Assembly: GCA_049970895.1 (NCBI GenBank)
Contig: JBMFMB010000006.1
Span: 1-64,000, forward strand
DNA: 64,000 bases
Source of the DNA: Candidatus Bathyarchaeia archaeon
GTDB taxonomy: Archaea; Thermoproteota; Bathyarchaeia; Bathyarchaeales; Bathycorpusculaceae
Direction: 5' to 3'
Part shown: positions 58,130 to 64,000 of the stretch, piece by piece
Position numbering within the stretch: position 1 is the stretch's first letter
Layout of the letters: each line of letters starts with the position of its first letter
Position numbers and translations under genes: made by a program
Notes under the pieces: model-generated
The model's input: the letters and a program-made list of their open reading frames with translations, nothing else
What the model was told of the DNA's origin: nothing
Databases searched by the model: none

Positions 58130-59704
58130 ATGCGGTGTGTAGATGTTGCTATTCTAAATGCCAATGTTGTTACCTTAAATGCCGGGCAGCCTAGGGCTAA
58201 AGCCATAGCCATCCGTGATGGCAGGATAGTGGCTGTTGGCTCCGAGGCTGAAATCCGCAAATACATTGGCAGCGAAACAAAGGTTTTGGACGTGGGCGGC
58301 AAAACTGTTGTTCCAGGTTTTGTTGATTGCCACGTTCACATGACTGGTTTTGGGCAGCACTTGCAGACGCTAGACTTACGGAACGTCGGCTCCATAGAGG
58401 AGATGAAAGGGAAAATCCGCGAGTATGCGGAGCAGCATCCGGAGAAGAGTTGGATTCTAGGCGGAAGGTGGGATCATGAACGCTTCAGTGAGAGGCGGTT
58501 TCCCACTCGTTGGGATTTGGATGAGGCTGTGCGGGATAAGCCCATCTTCCTCATTAGGGTTTGTGGGCATATTGGTGTTGTGAACTCTAAAGCCTTGGAG
58601 TTGGCTGGGATAGACGGGAAAACTGTTGTGAAGGGTGGGGCAATAGATAAGGATGTTGCCAGTGGCGAGCCTAATGGGGTTTTGAGGGAGAATGCCCTAA
58701 ACCTTGTTTGGCGGGTTATTCCAAAGCCAGGCTTGGCGAAGCTTGAGGAGGCTTGCGTGCAGGCTTGCCTTAAGGCTGTTGAGAATGGCTTGACTGGTGT
58801 GCACTGGATTGTTGACTCTGCAGATGAGATTCGCATAATTCAGAAGCTTAACAATGAGGGGAAACTGCCACTACGCGTTTATTTGGGGATTCCAGTCAAG
58901 CTTTTAGACGAACTTGTTGGGCTTGGCTTGGTTACTGGCTTTGGAAATGACATGGTTCGCCTAGGATTTGTCAAGATTTTGGCTGATGGCTCTCTTGGGA
59001 CGCGAACGGCAGCCTTAAAACAGCCCTATGCGGACAAGCCTGAAACAAGTGGCATGCTGATTTACTCTCAACGCAAGCTCAACAAGCTTGTTTTGAAGGC
59101 TCATAGGGCTGGTTGGCAGTTGGCTGTCCACGCCATAGGCGACAAAGCAATAGAATCGGTCTTGAAGGCTTTTTCCAAAGCCTTGAAAAGGTTTCCGCGA
59201 AAGGACCATAGGCACAGAATCGAGCACTGTTCAGTGCTTAATCCAGGGCTTATTCGGCGTATGAAAAGGTTGGGCTTAATAGCTTCTGTTCAGCCTCATT
59301 TCATTGTTTCCGATTTTTGGGTTGTGGACCGTGTTGGCAGTGAAAGAGCAAGATGGGTTTACCCCTTCAAAACGTTGTTTAAGTCGGGTGTGGTGGTGGC
59401 TTCTGGCTCGGATTGTCCCGTTGAGCCTATAAGTCCAATTCTTGGGGTTTGGGCTGCTGTGGCGAGGAAAAGCTTCGTCGAGGAAAGCCTAACTGTTGAG
59501 GATGCCCTTAAAGCCTATACTTTGAATGCTGATTATGCCTCCTTCAGCGAGAAGGTGGCTGGCACAATTGAGCCTGGAAAGTGGGCAGACCTTACAGTGC
59601 TTTCTGAAGACATATTTAGAGTCCCGCCGGATAGGATTAAGGATGTTAGGGTTGAGATGACCATTGTTGGCGGAAGGGTTGTTTATGAAAGGGAAAGCCT
59701 TTAA
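58130..59704 (+). CDS. Amidohydrolase (YtcJ-like)
   Basis: PGFVDCHVH, KILADGSLG, HAIGD, RIEH and GSDCP motifs. Confidence 0.92.
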   Translation: MRCVDVAILNANVVTLNAGQPRAKAIAIRDGRIVAVGSEAEIRKYIGSETKVLDVGGKTVVPGFVDCHVHMTGFGQHLQTLDLRNVGSIEEMKGKIREYAEQHPEKSWILGGRWDHERFSERRFPTRWDLDEAVRDKPIFLIRVCGHIGVVNSKALELAGIDGKTVVKGGAIDKDVASGEPNGVLRENALNLVWRVIPKPGLAKLEEACVQACLKAVENGLTGVHWIVDSADEIRIIQKLNNEGKLPLRVYLGIPVKLLDELVGLGLVTGFGNDMVRLGFVKILADGSLGTRTAALKQPYADKPETSGMLIYSQRKLNKLVLKAHRAGWQLAVHAIGDKAIESVLKAFSKALKRFPRKDHRHRIEHCSVLNPGLIRRMKRLGLIASVQPHFIVSDFWVVDRVGSERARWVYPFKTLFKSGVVVASGSDCPVEPISPILGVWAAVARKSFVEESLTVEDALKAYTLNADYASFSEKVAGTIEPGKWADLTVLSEDIFRVPPDRIKDVRVEMTIVGGRVVYERESL

Positions 59705-59768
59705 TCCCTACCTTTAAATTTTGAAAGGTTTATTCATACCGCAAAAACTGGTTTAGTGGCTGACTGGC

Positions 59769-60521
59769 ATGGTTCAAGATGAAAGCTTTCAGGAGAGAAT
59801 TACTTGGGAGGTTAAGCAGTTTGCCCTAAAGTCTGGTGCAAGCCTTGTTGGGGTTGTCCCTGCAGAGGTTTATGATTCTCAGCCAAGGGTTTTGGTGACT
59901 TGGAAGGTTCAGGAGTATTCAAAGAGGGCTTTGGAGGTTTTGCCCGAAGCCAATTCCATAGTTGTTTTTGGCTATCATGTTTGGGATGACATGCTTGAAC
60001 TCGCCATTAGGAAGGGTCAAGACTGGGTTTATCCGGGGTATTTCCCCTTAAATGTGGTGGTGCAAACGGTTAGGAGTTATCTTGAGGGGAGGGGTTTCAA
60101 AACAGCTTCGGCTGAGGGCTTGTCTTATAAGCGTTTGGCTCAACTTGCTGGTTTTGGATGTTATGGCAAAAATACTTTAATAATTAATCCTGTTTTTGGT
60201 CCTTGGATTCGCTTTGCCGCTATTTTGACGGATGCTAAGCTTTTGGCTGACGAGCCTTTCAAAAGGGACCTTTGTGTTGGCTGCGAAGAATGCGTTAAGG
60301 CTTGTCCTACCATGGCTTTGTCTCCCTACAAAATTGATGTCAGCAAATGTCTTGTGGGTTTGCGTCTCTTAAATAGGGGTGGGGCTGAGGCTGATGAGGG
60401 GTTCAGGCTTTATGAGCCTTCCTTCACTGAGAACGCCCACTTAATGTGTTTGGAGTGCCAGAAAGCTTGCAAGTATGGGAGAAACGTTCACAGTTCTCTT
60501 TTCAAGCGTTTGCAGTTTTAG
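59769..60521 (+). CDS. QueG/reductive dehalogenase-like Fe-S protein
   Basis: SYKRLAQLAGFG..GKN...FGPW, CVGCEECVKACP and CLECQKAC motifs. Confidence 0.8.
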   Translation: MVQDESFQERITWEVKQFALKSGASLVGVVPAEVYDSQPRVLVTWKVQEYSKRALEVLPEANSIVVFGYHVWDDMLELAIRKGQDWVYPGYFPLNVVVQTVRSYLEGRGFKTASAEGLSYKRLAQLAGFGCYGKNTLIINPVFGPWIRFAAILTDAKLLADEPFKRDLCVGCEECVKACPTMALSPYKIDVSKCLVGLRLLNRGGAEADEGFRLYEPSFTENAHLMCLECQKACKYGRNVHSSLFKRLQF

Positions 60522-60577
60522 AGTGTTTATGTTTATTTACAAGTCTATGTTAGAGTGTATTTGGTTGAATTTGGCTG

Positions 60578-62173
60578 ATGTCTGAAGGGGCTATTAGGGA
60601 AATTGTAGAGGCTTTGATGCTTATTCCTTCGCCTAGCCCAGAGGATGTAAACCGCGTTAAAATGCGTGTTGCCGCCAAGTATCGCCTTGGAAGGATTCCT
60701 TCAAACCCCGAAATAATTGCGGCTTTGAAAACGCCTGAGGAGAGGGCTAAGCTTCTTGGTGTTTTGAGGAGGAAAGCCACTAGAACTATTTCTGGTGTGA
60801 CTGTTGTGGCTGTTATGACCCAGCCTTATCCGTGTCCTCAGCCTGAGCCCTGCGCCTACTGTCCTGGCGGTCCGCCTTTTGGTGTGCCACAGAGCTATAC
60901 TGGTTTTGAGCCTGCCGCCATGAGGGGTTTGCAGAACGCCTTTGACCCATATTTGCAGGTTAGGAGCCGCATTGAACAGTTGGGGGCTATTGGGCATAGG
61001 GTGGATAAGGTTGAGCTCATTATTATGGGTGGGACTTTTCCAGCCACCCCAGAAGAGTATCAAAGATGGTTTGTTAAGCGTTGCCTAGACGCCATGTGCG
61101 GTGTGGATTCCAAAAATCTTGAGGAAGCTAAGAGGTTGGCGGAAACAAGCCGCATAAGGAATGTTGGCATCACCGTTGAGACCCGCTCAGACTGGGCTAA
61201 GGAAAGGCATGTGGACATGATGCTAGATATGGGTGTTACTCGCGTTGAGTTAGGCGTTCAAAATCCAGATGATGAGATTTATCGTCTTGTTGGTAGAAGG
61301 CACACGGTTCAAGACGTGATTGAGGCTACGCGGATACTGAAGGATGCTGGATTAAAAATTGTTTATCATATGATGCCCGGCTTACCCGGCTCCAGCATGG
61401 AGAAGGATTTGGCTGTTTTCCATGAGATTTTCTCTAATCCAGCTTATAAGCCAGACATGATTAAGATTTACCCTTGCCTTGTTTTGAAGGGCACAAAAGC
61501 CTATGAGTGGTATTTGCGGGGCGATTATAAGCCCTACACGACTGAGGAGGCTGCTAGGCTTATTGTGGAAGTTAAGAAGATGGTTCCGCCTTGGGTTCGG
61601 ATAATGCGGGTTCAACGCGACATTCCAGCACCATTGATAGTGGCTGGCGTTAAAATGAGTAATCTTAGACAGCTTGTGCAACAGAAGTTGAGGGAGCAGG
61701 GTTTAAGGTGCAGATGCATAAGATGCCGAGAGGTTGGGCATAGGCTTTTGGCAGACGGCATAAAGCCAGACCTGGAAAAAGTTAGGATTTTAACCACTCG
61801 TTATGAGGCTTCTGAGGGCGAGGAAATATTCATTTCAGCCGAAGATAATGAAAACGATGTTTTGATAGGCTATTTACGCTTGCGTATTCCATCCGAGAAG
61901 GCGCACAGACTAGAGATAAGGGCGGAGCCATGTAGCATAATCCGCGAACTCCACGTTTATGGACCAGTCGTGCCAGTTGGCAAACACATGCCAAAGGCTT
62001 GGCAACACAAGGGCTACGGGGGTGTTTTGCTTTCTGAGGCGGAACGCATAACCCGAGAAGAATACGGTTTCCGAAAGATACTTGTTATAAGTGCGTTGGG
62101 CACAAAACAATATTATAAACGGTTTAGATACACATACGAAGGACCGTACATGTCAAAAAGATTGGAGAATTGA
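60578..62173 (+). CDS. elp3: Elp3 tRNA uridine(34) carboxymethylation radical SAM/GNAT enzyme
   Basis: RTISGV, C..CAYCPGG, QSYTG, KIYP, RVQRDIP, IRCREV, RELHVYG and QHKGYG motifs. Confidence 0.96.
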   Translation: MSEGAIREIVEALMLIPSPSPEDVNRVKMRVAAKYRLGRIPSNPEIIAALKTPEERAKLLGVLRRKATRTISGVTVVAVMTQPYPCPQPEPCAYCPGGPPFGVPQSYTGFEPAAMRGLQNAFDPYLQVRSRIEQLGAIGHRVDKVELIIMGGTFPATPEEYQRWFVKRCLDAMCGVDSKNLEEAKRLAETSRIRNVGITVETRSDWAKERHVDMMLDMGVTRVELGVQNPDDEIYRLVGRRHTVQDVIEATRILKDAGLKIVYHMMPGLPGSSMEKDLAVFHEIFSNPAYKPDMIKIYPCLVLKGTKAYEWYLRGDYKPYTTEEAARLIVEVKKMVPPWVRIMRVQRDIPAPLIVAGVKMSNLRQLVQQKLREQGLRCRCIRCREVGHRLLADGIKPDLEKVRILTTRYEASEGEEIFISAEDNENDVLIGYLRLRIPSEKAHRLEIRAEPCSIIRELHVYGPVVPVGKHMPKAWQHKGYGGVLLSEAERITREEYGFRKILVISALGTKQYYKRFRYTYEGPYMSKRLEN

Positions 62174-62177
62174 ATAT

Positions 62178-63518
62178 ATGAGCCAAAACCGAGTGCTTTC
62201 AGGGTATAGGGGGCTAGCTCTTAAAACTCTCCAAAGCATTAACGCGGAAATTGGTGATTTGGTTCGTATTACTAAGGGTGGTCAAGTTTTTGAGGGTATT
62301 CTTATTCCTCGTTCTGAGTATGGTGATGACAAACACATTGTTATTAAGTTGCATAGTGGCTACAATATTGGTGTTCGCCTAACCCCAGACGCCAAAGTGG
62401 AGAAGGTTGGAAAAGGCGAAAAGCCAGCTTTTGTTGCTCCACCTTTGCCGGAGCAAAATCCGCAGTTGCCAAAGGTCTCCATTATTAGTACTGGCGGCAC
62501 CATTGCTAGTCGTGTTGATTATAGGACGGGGGCTGTTCGTCCCGCTTTGTCTGCCAGCGACTTGTACAGTGTGGTTCCAGAATTGGCGGACATTGCTCGC
62601 ATAGACGCCCAAATATTGTTTAGCCTCTACAGTGAGAACATAACGCCAACTCACTGGACGGAGATGGCAAAAACTGTGGCTAAAAAAATCGAGGAGGGCG
62701 TGGACGGCGTAGTTATAGCTCACGGAACGGACACTATGGGTTATTCTGCTGCAGCCCTAAGCTTCGCACTACAAAATCTCCCAGTCCCAGTAATTTTTGT
62801 CGGCTCGCAGCGTTCAGCAGACCGTCCCAGCTCAGATGCAGCCACAAACTTGATAGGGGCTGTTTTAGCCGCTGCAAAGGCGCCTTTCGCAGAAGTTGCC
62901 GTAGCCATGCATGAAACCATATCTGACACGTCCATAGTGCTTCACCGAGGCACAAAAGTGCGCAAGTGCCACACAAGCCGCCGCGACGCCTTCAAAACAG
63001 TAAACGCTCAACCACTAGCCAGAATAGTGGAAAACCGCATAATCATGCTTACAGACGACTACCAAAGGCGCTATCCGTCCCGCAAGCTTGTGGTTAAGGC
63101 AAACTTCAGCGAAAAAGTCGCCCTAGTCAAGTTTTATCCGGGCATAAACCCAGCAGTAATAGACTGGTTTGTGGATAACGGCTACAAAGCCATAGTCTTG
63201 GAAGGCACAGGTTTAGGGCATGTGGCAAGCAGCCTCTTCCAACCAATAAAGCGAGCAGTGGACAAGGGCGTATTGGTGGCTATGGCTTCCCAGTGCATAT
63301 GGGGACGAGTAAACATGAACGTCTACGACACTGGAAGGGACCTGCTGGCATTAGGCGTAATTCCATTAGAGGATATGCTGGCGGAAACAGCCACCGTCAA
63401 ACTCATGTGGATTTTCGGGCAAACCAACAACCCAGAAGAAGCAAAAAAACTATTGAAAACGAACATTGCTGGCGAATTTTCCCAACGCACAACATACGAG
63501 GAGGAAGCCAAACAATGA
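62178..63518 (+). CDS. gatD: Glu-tRNA(Gln) amidotransferase subunit D
   Basis: KLHSGYNIG, STGGTIASRVDY, HGTDT, SQRSADRPSSD and RKCHTSRRDAF motifs. Confidence 0.97.
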   Translation: MSQNRVLSGYRGLALKTLQSINAEIGDLVRITKGGQVFEGILIPRSEYGDDKHIVIKLHSGYNIGVRLTPDAKVEKVGKGEKPAFVAPPLPEQNPQLPKVSIISTGGTIASRVDYRTGAVRPALSASDLYSVVPELADIARIDAQILFSLYSENITPTHWTEMAKTVAKKIEEGVDGVVIAHGTDTMGYSAAALSFALQNLPVPVIFVGSQRSADRPSSDAATNLIGAVLAAAKAPFAEVAVAMHETISDTSIVLHRGTKVRKCHTSRRDAFKTVNAQPLARIVENRIIMLTDDYQRRYPSRKLVVKANFSEKVALVKFYPGINPAVIDWFVDNGYKAIVLEGTGLGHVASSLFQPIKRAVDKGVLVAMASQCIWGRVNMNVYDTGRDLLALGVIPLEDMLAETATVKLMWIFGQTNNPEEAKKLLKTNIAGEFSQRTTYEEEAKQ

Positions 63519-64000
63519 CAAACGGCGGAATAGACTACACACGGATAGGCTTAAAAGTGGGATTGGAAGTCCACCAGCAACTCGAAACGCAGATAAAACT
63601 ATTCTGCCACTGCAAGCCGGAACTCTTCATAGAAGAACCAGAAATCACTTTTCTAAGGCGTTTGAGGCCAACCCAAAGCGAACTCGGTCAAATAGACCCA
63701 GCAGCCTACTTCGAATTCCAAAAGGGCGTAAAAATCCTATATGAGGCGGACAGGTATACAGCCTGCCTAGTGGAGATGGATGAGGAGCCACCACACCCGC
63801 TGAACATGAAAGCCGTAGAAATAGCCCTAACAGTAGCTTTAATGATGAACGCAAACCCCGTAGACGAAATCCACGTAATGCGCAAAACCGTTATAGACGG
63901 CTCCAACACGACTGGTTTTCAACGCACATGCATCATAGCCCTAAACGGACAAATAAAAGTTGGCGAAAAAACAGTCCCAATACAACACATAAGCCTAGAA
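63515..64000 (+). CDS. gatE: Glu-tRNA(Gln) amidotransferase subunit E (runs off the window)
   Basis: IDY..IGLKVGLEVHQQL..KLFC, DEEPPH and MRKTVIDGSNTTGFQRT; ATGA overlap with gatD. Confidence 0.95.
   Translation, partial: MTNGGIDYTRIGLKVGLEVHQQLETQIKLFCHCKPELFIEEPEITFLRRLRPTQSELGQIDPAAYFEFQKGVKILYEADRYTACLVEMDEEPPHPLNMKAVEIALTVALMMNANPVDEIHVMRKTVIDGSNTTGFQRTCIIALNGQIKVGEKTVPIQHISLE

Noticed and set aside
1-64000. CRISPR array, cas genes or rRNA
   Set aside because: No regularly spaced repeats, cas-like ORFs or rRNA-like stretches were seen.

Overview
Archaeal chromosomal window, most likely TACK lineage and probably Bathyarchaeia. This is inferred from ribosomal protein S30e, SmAP3, tRNAs with non-canonical BHB introns, a group 4 Fpo-like hydrogenase and a PEF-CTERM-like pseudogene. 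1-26.9 kb is mostly housekeeping: the proteasome/exosome superoperon, inositol-1-P synthase, riboflavin kinase, ADP-forming acyl-CoA ligase, ABC exporter, dipeptide epimerase, HtpX, core MetE, beta-CASP nuclease, TgtA, GlmU/GlmM, an integrase remnant, a dead IS6 and three tRNAs. Between the inward-facing 3' ends of tRNA-Tyr (26.9 kb) and tRNA-Leu (57.8 kb) lies an accessory metabolic block in two parts. The first is a partly decaying catabolic cluster built around a form IV RuBisCO-like protein: two saccharopine-dehydrogenase-fold enzymes, FGGY kinase, FLVCR-like MFS transporter, class II aldolase, ThDP enzyme, tungsten AOR with MoaD, Fe-ADH and SCP2. The second is a complex-I-like group 4 [NiFe]-hydrogenase operon that carries a CLC channel and an inverted ArsB permease and ends in an F420-binding FpoF/FrhB-like subunit fused to a CBS pair. 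57.9-64 kb holds S30e, amidohydrolase, QueG-like protein, Elp3, gatD and partial gatE. The best candidate for an undescribed system is the RLP-centred catabolic pathway. No CRISPR array or rRNA was seen. All calls are by motif recognition; no searches were run.
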